Source: Sedimentibacter sp. (GTDB lineage: Bacteria; Bacillota; Clostridia; Tissierellales; Sedimentibacteraceae). Taken from it: DNA of 41,172 bases. Where the stretch lies: the NCBI GenBank assembly GCA_032011825.1, contig DALZVZ010000001.1, positions 1-41,172 on the forward strand, read 5' to 3'. A program made the translations under genes and the position numbers. Positions 18,021-27,984 of this stretch are shown here, in pieces. Numbering within the stretch: position 1 is the first letter of the stretch; the number at the start of each line of letters is the position of its first letter. The notes beneath the pieces are model-generated. The model saw nothing but the letters and a program-made list of their open reading frames with translations, made no database searches and was not told the origin of the DNA.

Positions 18021-18734
18021 TTATCTTTCTACAATATCCGCATATTCAATTTTATAATTGCTGTTATTATAACCGTTCATGCTGGCATTTTGTGCTTTTC
18101 TTACTTCAATTTCCATGCCATAGCCACTTTTCAGAGTATGGGCATAACTTCCCTCTTCCGTCATGGCATCGTACAATCTGTCCATGTCTCCGATGGCCGT
18201 TATAAAGAACGGAGCGGAAACTCGTTCATTATTCACTCTTATGAGGGGCCCCGCACAGACAACCTCGGATATGCTTGTGATTCTTTTACTGTTTACGGCT
18301 ATGGCCTCAGCACCGGCAGCCTTTAATTCATTAAGAAGCACGGTAATATCCACATCATGAATGATTCTCTCCATTATATCAAGATTTTCATCCTCACTTA
18401 TGCTGTCTGAAACAGTCATATAAATTCCCGGACCTCTGACAGCCGTAAATCCGTTGCTGAATTTCAGTTGACCGATTTGATCATACATACTTATTATTTC
18501 GTCCATAAAGTCATAATTTTTATGGTCATCAATATATTTTTTTTCATTGGCGACCTCAGACCTCAGCGCATCTATAACATCATGCATACTTTCAATGCTT
18601 TTCTCATATTCGTTTAAGTTTTTTATAACATATACCGTATTTTCATCAACGCTTGCATCCGCCCCGTTCACTATTGCCGCAGAAGCAATAAATGCAAGAA
18701 CTGCAATGAAAATATTTACAATTTTTCTTTTTAT
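18021..18734 (-). CDS. DUF881 family protein (YlxW/YlxX-like), probable AUA start
   Basis: GFTAVRGPGI, IIHDVDI..LLNELKAAGAEAIAVN..RI, CAGP, PFFITAIGD. The GGAGGAG RBS precedes an in-frame ATA at 18734. Confidence 0.88.
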   Translation of the reverse strand: MKRKIVNIFIAVLAFIASAAIVNGADASVDENTVYVIKNLNEYEKSIESMHDVIDALRSEVANEKKYIDDHKNYDFMDEIISMYDQIGQLKFSNGFTAVRGPGIYMTVSDSISEDENLDIMERIIHDVDITVLLNELKAAGAEAIAVNSKRITSISEVVCAGPLIRVNNERVSAPFFITAIGDMDRLYDAMTEEGSYAHTLKSGYGMEIEVRKAQNASMNGYNNSNYKIEYADIVER

Positions 18735-18750
18735 GGAAATCTCCTCCGTT

Positions 18751-19464
18751 CTAATTGCTCTCTGTGGGTTCAATCGGATTCACATATTTAAATTCCTTCT
18801 CCCCATCAAATGCATTGATAAATATCTCTGAAGAACTCTCAGTTTCCACCGTATAACCTATATTGTTCAGCTGTGAAACAATTCCTCCCACGAAATTCAG
18901 CGAGGCGTCAATAGTTCTTGAAAAACCTATTGCCTTTATTTCCAGCGGAAGAACCATGGCTACGCCATTCACGTTTATATGGTCCAGAACCGGAACTATT
19001 TCGGTATAATTCGTGTATCTCTGACCGTTGATTGATATTGCCTCCACACCTGCATTATTCAGATAGCTGATGAGCGCCAGAATATACTGGTGTGTTGATG
19101 CGAGACTCACATATGCATCTGGTCCGGCGTCTATTCTGATAATTGTTCCGGCGCCCTTAACATCATAATATCCCGACAAAATTTTCTGCTTTCTCAATTC
19201 CTCAGAAAGCTTTTCTATTTCCAGTTCCTTTGCTCTGAAAATATCCTCATTTTCTTTGGCTGTCTTTCTCAACACTTCCAACTCATCCCTGAGCTTGTTT
19301 TTCTCGATGTTCAGCGAGGCTATCTCATTGTTTAAGTCAATTGTTTTCTTTGATGCCTTTTCATTACCTAAAATAGAACCGGATGTTTGTACCTGTATCA
19401 TTAATATTATTCCAAGAACAACGCTTATTACAAATAAAATTCCTTTTTGCCAAAATTTATTCAT
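18751..19464 (-). CDS. DUF881 family protein (YlxW/YlxX-like)
   Basis: N-terminal TM, coiled coil, GYYDVKGAG, L.NAGVEAISINGQR, PLEIKAIG. Start at MNKF (19464) after GGAGGA. Confidence 0.88.
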   Translation of the reverse strand: MNKFWQKGILFVISVVLGIILMIQVQTSGSILGNEKASKKTIDLNNEIASLNIEKNKLRDELEVLRKTAKENEDIFRAKELEIEKLSEELRKQKILSGYYDVKGAGTIIRIDAGPDAYVSLASTHQYILALISYLNNAGVEAISINGQRYTNYTEIVPVLDHINVNGVAMVLPLEIKAIGFSRTIDASLNFVGGIVSQLNNIGYTVETESSSEIFINAFDGEKEFKYVNPIEPTESN

Positions 19465-19465
19465 T

Positions 19466-20260
19466 CTATTCCTCCATTTCAAAGTCCTCTATGTATATGG
19501 GACTGTCCCCTTTGGTAAAATCAATCATCCCGTTGGACACACCTAAATTGTTGCTGAATCTTTCGTTTATTATCTTTAGGGCAAACACTATCTGGTACTT
19601 AATATCTTGGTTCAGATTGAGCTTAATAAATGTTCCGTATTCTGTCTTCAGCAAAATGCTGTTTTTGGAATATATGCTTATGCCGCGTACAGAACTGCTG
19701 CCGAATTCATCGCTTATATAATCAATTGTGCGGAAAATTTCCTGTACATCTTCTATTCCTGTTAGCTGTATACTATCTCCTACATTGTATAATACATCAA
19801 TAAAACTTTCAATAGTTAATAATTCATTTTTTTCCGAGCCTGTCCTTAAAACATAACCATTTTTATCCGTGACTATATACTCATTTTTGTATAAAATTTT
19901 ATACTTTTCTTCTCTTTCACTGAGTTGTATGAGTATTTTATCGGGAAGCTCGTACACTACTCTGGCGCTTTCAACATAAACCTCATCCTCAATGATTTCC
20001 TTAGCCCTTTTTCTGTCAATCTCAAATATTTTTTCCCCCTCTTCTATCTGAGATTTCTCTACTATATAATCTCTGTTGTATGCCTCATTTCCGGATACCT
20101 CAATAGCGGAAATATTGAAATAGTCCGTTTCGAAATATACGTGATAAATACAAAAAACAACAACTACAGCAGCCGTTATAAAAGCTGCTGTACTCACAAA
20201 TAGCTTTCTGAATTTTCTTTTCTTTTTCTTTCGTTTTTTTCTTTCCTTATCCTTTGACAT
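19466..20260 (-). CDS. ftsQ: Cell division protein FtsQ/DivIB
   Basis: Basic N-terminus, single TM, POTRA-like segment (FNISAIEVSGN...YVESARV...LPDKILIQLSER); dcw position. Confidence 0.88.
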   Translation of the reverse strand: MSKDKERKKRKKKKRKFRKLFVSTAAFITAAVVVVFCIYHVYFETDYFNISAIEVSGNEAYNRDYIVEKSQIEEGEKIFEIDRKRAKEIIEDEVYVESARVVYELPDKILIQLSEREEKYKILYKNEYIVTDKNGYVLRTGSEKNELLTIESFIDVLYNVGDSIQLTGIEDVQEIFRTIDYISDEFGSSSVRGISIYSKNSILLKTEYGTFIKLNLNQDIKYQIVFALKIINERFSNNLGVSNGMIDFTKGDSPIYIEDFEMEE

Positions 20261-20286
20261 TGCTGGCCTTTTTTATCTTATAAATT

Positions 20287-21543
20287 TCATATCTCCGAAA
20301 TTATTACCCCTAATTTCTGAAGCTTATCAACAAATTTTTCATATCCTCTGTTAATGTGGTGAATATTGTTTACCTTCGTTGTTCCTTCTGCTCCTATAGC
20401 TGCCAGCACCAATGCCGCACCGCCCCTCAGGTCCTTTGCTTCGACCTCTGTTCCTTGAAGTCTTTCAACACCTTCAACAATTGCGGCCCTGCCTATTATG
20501 GTTATATCCGCACCCATTTTCTGAAGCTCAGGTACATGTTTGAATCTGCTGTCAAAAACAGTTTCTTCAATTATTGTCATTCCGTCTGCTGTTGCCATGG
20601 ACGCCATGAGCTGTGCCTGCATATCCGTAGGAAATCCAGGATATGGCTGTGTGGTAATTTTATCTATTGCCTTTAGTCTTCCGCTGTTGTTTACAACAAT
20701 TGTACCGTGAGTTTCCCTTATTTCGCAGCCTGCATCCTCATATATTGAGGTAATTGAATTAAAATGAGACTTCTCTATGTTTCTTAAGTAAATTCTGCTC
20801 TTCATCGATGATGCTGCGCTCAAATAAGTTCCTGCCTCAATCCGGTCGGATATTATCTTATATTCTACAGTATCTACGTTTTCAATATTTTTTCCTTCAA
20901 TTTCAATTATTCCCGTACCTGCACCCTCGACGTGGTATCCGCATACGTTCAAGAAATTCTGCAAGTCCACAATTTCAGGCTCTCTAGCCGGATTATATAT
21001 GACCGTCCTGCCTGGAATACCCACTGCAAACAGCATTATATTTTCAGTAGCTCCAACACTGGGATAGTCAAGCATTATTTCACAGCCCTGAGGTTCTCTC
21101 ACTGAGCCAATCAAAAAACCGCTTCTTTCATATATTTCTACACCAAGTTTTTTCAATCCCTTTAAATGAAGGTCAATGGGTCTGAGCCCGATTTCACACC
21201 CTCCCGGATATGCTATCTCAACATTCCCGGTTCTTTGCAAAATGGCGCCCATTAAAATAATAGATGATCTTATTTTTCTTACAAGTCGTTCAGGAACCTG
21301 ATGAGTGTTAAGATTTCTTGTATCAATTAATGCAACACCCTTATCATATTGAACCGTGCACCCCATGATTCTCAAAATATCGAGCATATCTCTTACATCT
21401 TCTATATCGGGTATGTTATCAAGAAGATATTCTCTTCCGCAAATTACTGTGCTGGCCAAAATAGGAAGAGCAGCATTTTTGGATCCGCCTATGTCGACAA
21501 CACCCTCAATACTGTTGCATCCCTGTATTATGAAACTTCCCAT
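20287..21543 (-). CDS. murA: UDP-N-acetylglucosamine 1-carboxyvinyltransferase
   Basis: GSKNAALP, PGGCEIGLRPIDLH (catalytic Cys), SVGATEN, PGFPTDMQ, DLRGGAAL. Start at MGSF (21543) after GGAGG. Confidence 0.96.
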   Translation of the reverse strand: MGSFIIQGCNSIEGVVDIGGSKNAALPILASTVICGREYLLDNIPDIEDVRDMLDILRIMGCTVQYDKGVALIDTRNLNTHQVPERLVRKIRSSIILMGAILQRTGNVEIAYPGGCEIGLRPIDLHLKGLKKLGVEIYERSGFLIGSVREPQGCEIMLDYPSVGATENIMLFAVGIPGRTVIYNPAREPEIVDLQNFLNVCGYHVEGAGTGIIEIEGKNIENVDTVEYKIISDRIEAGTYLSAASSMKSRIYLRNIEKSHFNSITSIYEDAGCEIRETHGTIVVNNSGRLKAIDKITTQPYPGFPTDMQAQLMASMATADGMTIIEETVFDSRFKHVPELQKMGADITIIGRAAIVEGVERLQGTEVEAKDLRGGAALVLAAIGAEGTTKVNNIHHINRGYEKFVDKLQKLGVIISEI

Positions 21544-21604
21544 CCTTATCCCTCCGCAGAAAATATTACATATGGTATCATGATATATGTTATGCAGCGC
21601 TCTC

Positions 21605-22735
21605 TCACTTGTTACTTTTTGATTTTTGCTCCACAAGTCTTACCATGGTTTCATATATTTTATTTTCTACATCGGTTTTTCCCATCTTCTTGGAGTTAAG
21701 CGACATTGTTCTCAATACATTCTTATTTTCAATTATTTCCTCAATAGCCTTTATGAGATTTTCTCCATTCAAATCTTTTTCAAGTATAACCTTGGCGGCA
21801 CCTTCCTTTTCAAGAGCCCTTGCATTGTATTCCTGATGATTTTCGGCTGTATATGTCTTCGGTATCAGAATGGATGGCACTCCTGTTACCGTTATTTCTG
21901 CGATAGTTATTGCTCCGGCACTTCCTATGACAATATCTGATGCTGAGAGAACCGTTGCTGCATCATACATGTAATCAAGTATTTCTATGTTGTCTCCCTG
22001 AGATATATTTTTAGAGTTTATTTCCTCCATAAATGTGGAGTAAAGCCTTTTTCCTGTAACATGGACAATCCTTATTCTTTTTTGTCCACTGTATGATTTT
22101 ATAACATCAAGCATTGCTTCATTCAGGCTTATCTGACCGCCGCTTCCTCCAAAAGAATATATGAGAATTTCATCAGGTCGAAGCTTCAACTTTGCCCTCG
22201 ACATTCTCCTGTCAGCAGTCAGAATTTCCTTTCTTACCGGATTGCCCACAAGCACTATTTTATTGGCAGCCTCGGCAGAAAAATATTTTTCAGCCTCTTC
22301 AAAGCTTATGCCTATTACATCCACAACCCTTGAGAGCATTTTATTCGTTATACCCGGAAATACGTTCTGCTCATGAATCATTGTGGGGATTTTTTTCATA
22401 CTTGCCGCAAGTACAACGGGACCGCATACATATCCGCCTGTCCCCACCACTATATCAGGTTTGAAATCTTTTATTATTTTTAACGACTGGGCTAACCCTT
22501 TCACTGATGCTGCCAGCGTCTTTAAGTTTTCAAAGCTTATTTTCCTTCTCAGATATTTTGCGGTAACATATTTGAACTCAAAGCCTGACTTGGGTACAAG
22601 CTCGCTCTCCAGTCCATTTTTTGTTCCCACATACAATATTTCGTTTGAAGTGCTTTCATTTCTTACCTTTTGGGCTATTGCAAGGGCCGGATTTATATGG
22701 CCTCCTGTTCCTCCGCCTGTTATAAGTACTCTCAT
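21605..22735 (-). CDS. murG: Undecaprenyl-PP-MurNAc-pentapeptide GlcNAc transferase
   Basis: GGGTGGHINPA, GGYVCGP, HEQN, GNPVR, GGSGG, HQEYNA. Confidence 0.97.
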   Translation of the reverse strand: MRVLITGGGTGGHINPALAIAQKVRNESTSNEILYVGTKNGLESELVPKSGFEFKYVTAKYLRRKISFENLKTLAASVKGLAQSLKIIKDFKPDIVVGTGGYVCGPVVLAASMKKIPTMIHEQNVFPGITNKMLSRVVDVIGISFEEAEKYFSAEAANKIVLVGNPVRKEILTADRRMSRAKLKLRPDEILIYSFGGSGGQISLNEAMLDVIKSYSGQKRIRIVHVTGKRLYSTFMEEINSKNISQGDNIEILDYMYDAATVLSASDIVIGSAGAITIAEITVTGVPSILIPKTYTAENHQEYNARALEKEGAAKVILEKDLNGENLIKAIEEIIENKNVLRTMSLNSKKMGKTDVENKIYETMVRLVEQKSKSNK

Positions 22736-22778
22736 TTAATCATTCCTTCTATTCTCTATAATTACCATATAACCGGCA

Positions 22779-23900
22779 CTAGTTCCTATATGTGTTTGAA
22801 TACTTGGATATGTTCAACAAAATTCCCATTGAAAACAGCAAAAACATAAGTGACGAGCCTCCTGCGCTTATAAATGGCAGAGCTCTTCCCGTAGGCGGCA
22901 TGGATGATGTGGCAACAGCCACATGAATTATAAACTGCACCAGCACAAGGGTTGTAATTCCCAGTGCTGCCAGGCTGCCGAAAAAATCCTCCGTATTCAT
23001 TGCAATTCTCAATCCTCTCCATGCGAATATGACGAAACCAAGCATCAGAAGCACACATCCGATGAATCCCAGTTCCTCACCTATTATGGAAAAAATAAAA
23101 TCGTTGTATGCCTCAGGTAAATAAAAAAATTTCTGTCTGCTCTTTCCTATGCCCATGCCGAACAATCCTCCCGTGCCCAGCGCATACAGTGACTGTATTA
23201 TCTGAAATCCCCCTCCCAACGGATCCATGAAGGGGTCTAGAAACACGGTGATTCTTGCTATTCTGTAGGGCTGCATAGCTATGAGCACAACAACGGCCGC
23301 AACCGCAAGCACAAACAGAACCATAAGATGACCTATTCTTGCTCCGGCACAGAAAAACATAACCATGAACGTGCCTCCCAATATTACCGCTGTACTCAGG
23401 TCGTCCTGAATTGCAATCAAAAGGCAGAACATACCCATCATCATCAACGACGGAATAAACCCCTTATTGAGAGAGGTCATATTTTTTCTGTTTTTATTAA
23501 AATAGTCAGCCATGTATAAAACTCCGCCTATTTTAATTATTTCTGATGGCTGGAATGTTATGCCGGCTATACTTATCCATCTTTGGGCACCGTTAGATGC
23601 AATTCCAAGAACAACCGTCAGCAGCGCGAAGCCTACGCACAAAAACAGAATCATTTTATTCATTTTTGAATATATGACATATGGAATATTGGCAAGAAAA
23701 ACCATACCCACAAGGCCGATTACACCTGCCATCACCTGCTTTTTGAGAAAATATACAGGGTCTCCTTTAAATTTATAGTATCCGTCCGGATAACTGGAGC
23801 TGTAAACCATAAGGAAACCAAAAAGCACCAGCACCACAATTATAAAAATCAGAACCCAATCAACGGTTCTTTTCCCGGATTTTCTTGCTGTTTCCTCCAT
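22779..23900 (-). CDS. ftsW: SEDS family peptidoglycan polymerase FtsW/SpoVE
   Basis: NGAQRWI, FQPSEIIK, GFQIIQSL, YLPEAYNDFIF, LPFISAGGSS. Confidence 0.93.
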   Translation of the reverse strand: MEETARKSGKRTVDWVLIFIIVVLVLFGFLMVYSSSYPDGYYKFKGDPVYFLKKQVMAGVIGLVGMVFLANIPYVIYSKMNKMILFLCVGFALLTVVLGIASNGAQRWISIAGITFQPSEIIKIGGVLYMADYFNKNRKNMTSLNKGFIPSLMMMGMFCLLIAIQDDLSTAVILGGTFMVMFFCAGARIGHLMVLFVLAVAAVVVLIAMQPYRIARITVFLDPFMDPLGGGFQIIQSLYALGTGGLFGMGIGKSRQKFFYLPEAYNDFIFSIIGEELGFIGCVLLMLGFVIFAWRGLRIAMNTEDFFGSLAALGITTLVLVQFIIHVAVATSSMPPTGRALPFISAGGSSLMFLLFSMGILLNISKYSNTYRN

Positions 23901-25245
23901 AATAATTTACCCTCTCCTTGAAATCTCTTCCTCTAACCTCATAGTTAGGATACATGCCCCAGCTGGCGCACGCAGGAGACAAAACTACATTATCACCGTT
24001 CTCACTGAGCATAAAGCACTTTTTTACTGCCTCATCCATGTTTTTCACATGATATATATTTGTAAACCCGTGTTTCCTTGCACATGCATCAATATCCTGC
24101 GCAGTCTGCCCCAGAAGAACCATGGCCTTGACCTTTCCATCAAAAGCCTTGATAAAATCATCGTATGGCGATTTTTTATCATAACCGCCCGCTATTAATA
24201 TTATGGGTTTTTCAATTCCCTGGACAGCCTTTATGGAAGCGTCGGGATTCGTTCCCTTAGAATCATTATAAAACTTAACCCCGTCATACTCACCACAATA
24301 TTCCAGGCGGTGTTCAACTCCCTTAAATTCCTTTAATACATGTGCTATAATCTCACTTTTAATTCCCAGTGCCAGAGAGGCACCGGTTGCTGCCATGGCA
24401 TTTTCAAGGTTGTGCTTTCCCGGTATGAAAATATCCTCCGCATTTATAATGAATTCATCCGAACCATCGTATTTGAACATCATTTTTCCGTCCTTTAAAT
24501 ATATTCCCTCATCAAGAATTCTTTCGGAGCTGAAAAATATTTTTTTTGCTTTTATTTTATCTGCAAATCTTCTTATAGTTTCATCTTCATAATTCAGAAC
24601 GGCATAATCATTTTCATCCTGATTGACTACGTTTTTTAATTTTGCCTCTATGTAACTATCCAACGTTCCGTGATAATCCAGATGGTCAGGAGTAATGTTT
24701 GTTATAACGCTTATAAATGGTTTATACTCATATGTTCCGGCAAGCTGAAAACTGCTCACCTCAGCTACAAGCACATCTCCCTTTCCGGAGCTCAGTCCAT
24801 CGTAAAACATACCTGAGCCGATATTTCCCGTAACTCTGCAATTTCTTCCGCCCTCTTTGACCATTTCGCCAATAAGCGTGGTGGTTGTAGTCTTTCCGTT
24901 GGTTCCTGTTATCGATATTATGGAAGCTTCCGTCACCTTGTATGCTGCCTCTATGTCACTTATTATCCTGATGTTTCTTTTCAATAATTTCTGCACAATG
25001 GGAACCTCATATTTTATCCCCGGACTTTTGATTGCAAAATCAAGATTTTCCATGTTTATTTTTTCGATTTCATCCTCACCGAAAAAATACTCAGCTTCAA
25101 TTTCCTTTAATTCATAAGGTATCTCTGCTGCTTTTTCCTTTGATTCATCATATACTGATATTTTTGCTCCGAGCACCGCAAGGCCTTTTATGCAGGCGAT
25201 ACCTGAAACTCCAAGACCTATTACGAGTATGTTTTTATTTTTCAT
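23860..25245 (-). CDS. murD: UDP-MurNAc-L-Ala--D-glutamate ligase
   Basis: GLGVSG, ITGTNGKTTTT, EVSSFQL, DHLDYH, YNDSKGTN, LSPACASW. Confidence 0.97.
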   Translation of the reverse strand: MKNKNILVIGLGVSGIACIKGLAVLGAKISVYDESKEKAAEIPYELKEIEAEYFFGEDEIEKINMENLDFAIKSPGIKYEVPIVQKLLKRNIRIISDIEAAYKVTEASIISITGTNGKTTTTTLIGEMVKEGGRNCRVTGNIGSGMFYDGLSSGKGDVLVAEVSSFQLAGTYEYKPFISVITNITPDHLDYHGTLDSYIEAKLKNVVNQDENDYAVLNYEDETIRRFADKIKAKKIFFSSERILDEGIYLKDGKMMFKYDGSDEFIINAEDIFIPGKHNLENAMAATGASLALGIKSEIIAHVLKEFKGVEHRLEYCGEYDGVKFYNDSKGTNPDASIKAVQGIEKPIILIAGGYDKKSPYDDFIKAFDGKVKAMVLLGQTAQDIDACARKHGFTNIYHVKNMDEAVKKCFMLSENGDNVVLSPACASWGMYPNYEVRGRDFKERVNYYGGNSKKIREKNR

Positions 25246-25284
25246 TTTAACCTCTCCTGTATGCCCCTTATAATATTATGTTAG

Positions 25285-26259
25285 CTATATTGAATAAATA
25301 CCTATAAATGCTAGGATAACGGTTACGAGCCAAAACACTCCCACAACCTTTGTTTCCTTCCACCCGCACATTTCAAAATGATGGTGCAGCGGTGCCATTT
25401 TAAATATTCTTCTCTTCGTTCTTTTATAATGCAGAACCTGTATAATTACAGAAAGCGCCTCCGCAAAATATATGCCACCTATAATAGGAATAAGCAGCAA
25501 AGTATTTGACAACACGGCAACAGCCGCAACCGCTCCGCCCAGTGCCAGCGAGCCTGTATCTCCCATAAACACCTTGGCCGGATTTGCATTATGCTTTAAA
25601 AATCCCAAACATGAACCTGCAACAGCAGCACTCACTATTGAAATTCCTTCGTATATTGCATTTGTTCCCATGAGACTGCCTGTGATTAAGCTGAAGGTCG
25701 CCATAACAATCAGCGTAACTCCAGTGCTGAGGCCGTCGAGGCCGTCCGTAAGGTTTACGGCATTTACTATTCCCACTACCACAAACAAAACAAATGGAAC
25801 ATAAAGCACCCCTAAGTCAATGTACGCATTGGCAAATGGTATAACCAGCTTTGTCCCGTGGGCGCTGTACCTTGAACCGTATAGTGCCAGTAACAGCGCA
25901 AATAAAAACTGTCCTATTATTTTCTGATAAGCTCTCAGCCCTAAATTTCTCTTAAGTACAACCTTGATATAGTCATCAATAAAACCTATAAGTCCAAATC
26001 CTAAAGTAAAAAACAGTGTTGCCCATACTTCCTGATTATAGTATCCACTTGTAAAAATAGAAATTATCATTGCCAAAATAATAATAACTCCACCCATGGT
26101 AGGTGTGCCGGATTTCGAATAATGAGACTTAGGCCCCTCCTCCCGGATGCTTTGTCCCACCTTAAGCCGTCTCAATGCCGGTATTATCACCGGCCCTAAG
26201 AACAGCGCTATGAGAAAAGATACAATTATTACTCTTATGATTTGTATATTAATATGCAT
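25285..26259 (-). CDS. mraY: Phospho-N-acetylmuramoyl-pentapeptide transferase
   Basis: KSGTPTMGG, GFIDDY, NAVNLTDGLDGL, FMGDTGS, MAPLHHHFE. Confidence 0.98.
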   Translation of the reverse strand: MHINIQIIRVIIVSFLIALFLGPVIIPALRRLKVGQSIREEGPKSHYSKSGTPTMGGVIIILAMIISIFTSGYYNQEVWATLFFTLGFGLIGFIDDYIKVVLKRNLGLRAYQKIIGQFLFALLLALYGSRYSAHGTKLVIPFANAYIDLGVLYVPFVLFVVVGIVNAVNLTDGLDGLSTGVTLIVMATFSLITGSLMGTNAIYEGISIVSAAVAGSCLGFLKHNANPAKVFMGDTGSLALGGAVAAVAVLSNTLLLIPIIGGIYFAEALSVIIQVLHYKRTKRRIFKMAPLHHHFEMCGWKETKVVGVFWLVTVILAFIGIYSI

Positions 26260-26275
26260 TTTAAACTCCTTGTTT

Positions 26276-27760
26276 CTATTCTCTCAATCCTCTTTTTTTC
26301 TCCACATCTATAATCGCCTTTTTAGCAATTGAACCCTCGTCGTAGGGCACCTTTTCAATTCCCATGTCCTGATAGGGCTCCGTGGATTTTCCCGCTAACA
26401 ATATTACATCCTTGCTCCTTGAATTGTCAATAGCATAATAGACAGCCTGATCTCTTTCGATTATTATTTCATATCTTCCGTTGTATTTCTCAACACCTTT
26501 GGATATTTCAAGGCATATTTCATAAGGGTCCTCAAACCTTGGATTATCCGAGGTCAATATGCTTAAATCGCAGTATTTTCCCGCTATTTCTCCCATTGGA
26601 GCACGTCGCGCCGAATCTCTTTCCCCACCCGCTCCAAACATAACTATTTTTCTGCCTTCGGCAAATTCATTTATGGTATCCATTACCTTCTGTAGTCCGT
26701 CAGGAGTATGTGCGAAATCGAGAATAATTGTGCAGCCTAAATTGTTTTCCAGCATTTCAAATCTGCCTGTAACTCCCTTGATTATCCCCAAAGCCTCGAT
26801 TATACGGTCCGTATCCGCTCCCGATGCATATGCAGCACCGAAGGCGCCAAGGGAATTAAGCACACTGAACCTGCCCGGTGTATTCACATGAGCCTTTTTC
26901 ACCGTCCCCATTATGTTTAAGTCAAATGATGTGCCTCTCATGGTAGTTTCAAGGTTGTATGCTCTTATATCGGCATCATTGTCAATTCCCACCGATATGG
27001 CATTTATTCCCTCTTCTCTGAGCTCCCTGTACAGTCTTTCACCGTATGGGTCATCCACATTAATGATGTTGTTAATTCTTGTTATGTGAAACAGCTTTTT
27101 CTTGGCAAGATAATAATTTTCCATTGTAACGTGAAAATCCAGATGGTCACGGGTGAGATTTGTAAAAATCCCCACATCTATTGATATGTTATCCACTCTG
27201 TTAAGCTCAAGTGCATGTGATGAAACTTCAATAAAGCAGTGCTGTATATCCTTTTCCACCATTTTGGCAAAATATTTCTGTAAATCAGCCGCCTCCGGCG
27301 TGGTGTTGTCTACCTTTATCTTTTCACCGTCCATCAGCACACCGATGGTACCGATTATGCCTGATTTATCTCCTATATAATCATATATTCCTTTAAGCAG
27401 ATAAGTAGTACTTGTTTTTCCGTTAGTCCCCGTTACACCCACAATATTTATTTTCCCTGATGGGTGGTCGTAAATTATGTCTGCGGCAGAAGCCATAGAC
27501 TTCCTCGGTTCCCTGACGACAATAAAACTTCCCTTGTCTTTCAATTCCTCTGGTATGTGAGCGCAGATTACGGCAGAAGCACCGTTTTTCAAAGCATCCC
27601 CTATAAATTTATGTCCATCTGCTGTAAATCCCTTGATAGCAACAAAAATATCGCCTGTTGCAGATTTTCTTGAATCATTGGTAATGCCTGTTATTCGAAC
27701 ATTTTCATCACCACGGAAATCATCATATTCCATTTTTTTGAGAAGACCTTTAATATCCAT
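26276..27760 (-). CDS. murE: UDP-MurNAc-L-Ala-D-Glu--diamino acid ligase
   Basis: GVTGTNGKTST, TTPE, EVSSHAL, TNLTRDHLDFH, DFAHTPDG, SDNPR (meso-DAP type motif). Confidence 0.95.
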   Translation of the reverse strand: MDIKGLLKKMEYDDFRGDENVRITGITNDSRKSATGDIFVAIKGFTADGHKFIGDALKNGASAVICAHIPEELKDKGSFIVVREPRKSMASAADIIYDHPSGKINIVGVTGTNGKTSTTYLLKGIYDYIGDKSGIIGTIGVLMDGEKIKVDNTTPEAADLQKYFAKMVEKDIQHCFIEVSSHALELNRVDNISIDVGIFTNLTRDHLDFHVTMENYYLAKKKLFHITRINNIINVDDPYGERLYRELREEGINAISVGIDNDADIRAYNLETTMRGTSFDLNIMGTVKKAHVNTPGRFSVLNSLGAFGAAYASGADTDRIIEALGIIKGVTGRFEMLENNLGCTIILDFAHTPDGLQKVMDTINEFAEGRKIVMFGAGGERDSARRAPMGEIAGKYCDLSILTSDNPRFEDPYEICLEISKGVEKYNGRYEIIIERDQAVYYAIDNSRSKDVILLAGKSTEPYQDMGIEKVPYDEGSIAKKAIIDVEKKRGLRE

Positions 27761-27793
27761 AGCACGCTCCCAGATTAATCTATATTATATGCA

Positions 27794-27822
27794 ATTTTAT
27801 CATAATTAAAATTTAATATCAA
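27794..27822 (-). promoter_or_regulatory. Putative internal sigma-A promoter upstream of murE
   Basis: Minus strand TTGATA, 17-bp spacer, extended -10 TGaTAAAAT. Confidence 0.55.
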
Positions 27823-27884
27823 TCACGCAGTCATCGATCATCAATATATTTGTTCCTGCAAAGCATAATTTTGGAACTTATGGC

Positions 27885-27906
27885 AAAGGGACGCATTGCG
27901 TCCCTT
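27885..27906 (-). terminator. Hairpin/possible terminator after the PBP gene
   Basis: AAGGGACGCA-T-TGCGTCCCTT inverted repeat; only a weak U-tract. Confidence 0.45.
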
Positions 27907-27984
27907 CATTCTGCCTGAAAAACAGATTATTGATGTTATTCCATTATGCTTGAATGAACTCGGCGAATTTCAATTTTTAAAGTT

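Noticed and set aside
21560..21600. Sigma-E-like promoter (GCATAA...CATATGTA) before murA
   Set aside because: The match to the -10 consensus is imperfect and the region is AT-rich; not supportable from sequence alone.
25258..25272. TGTATGCCC between mraY and murD as a third copy of the repeat terminus
   Set aside because: Only a 9-nt match with no core or hairpins; compatible with chance.
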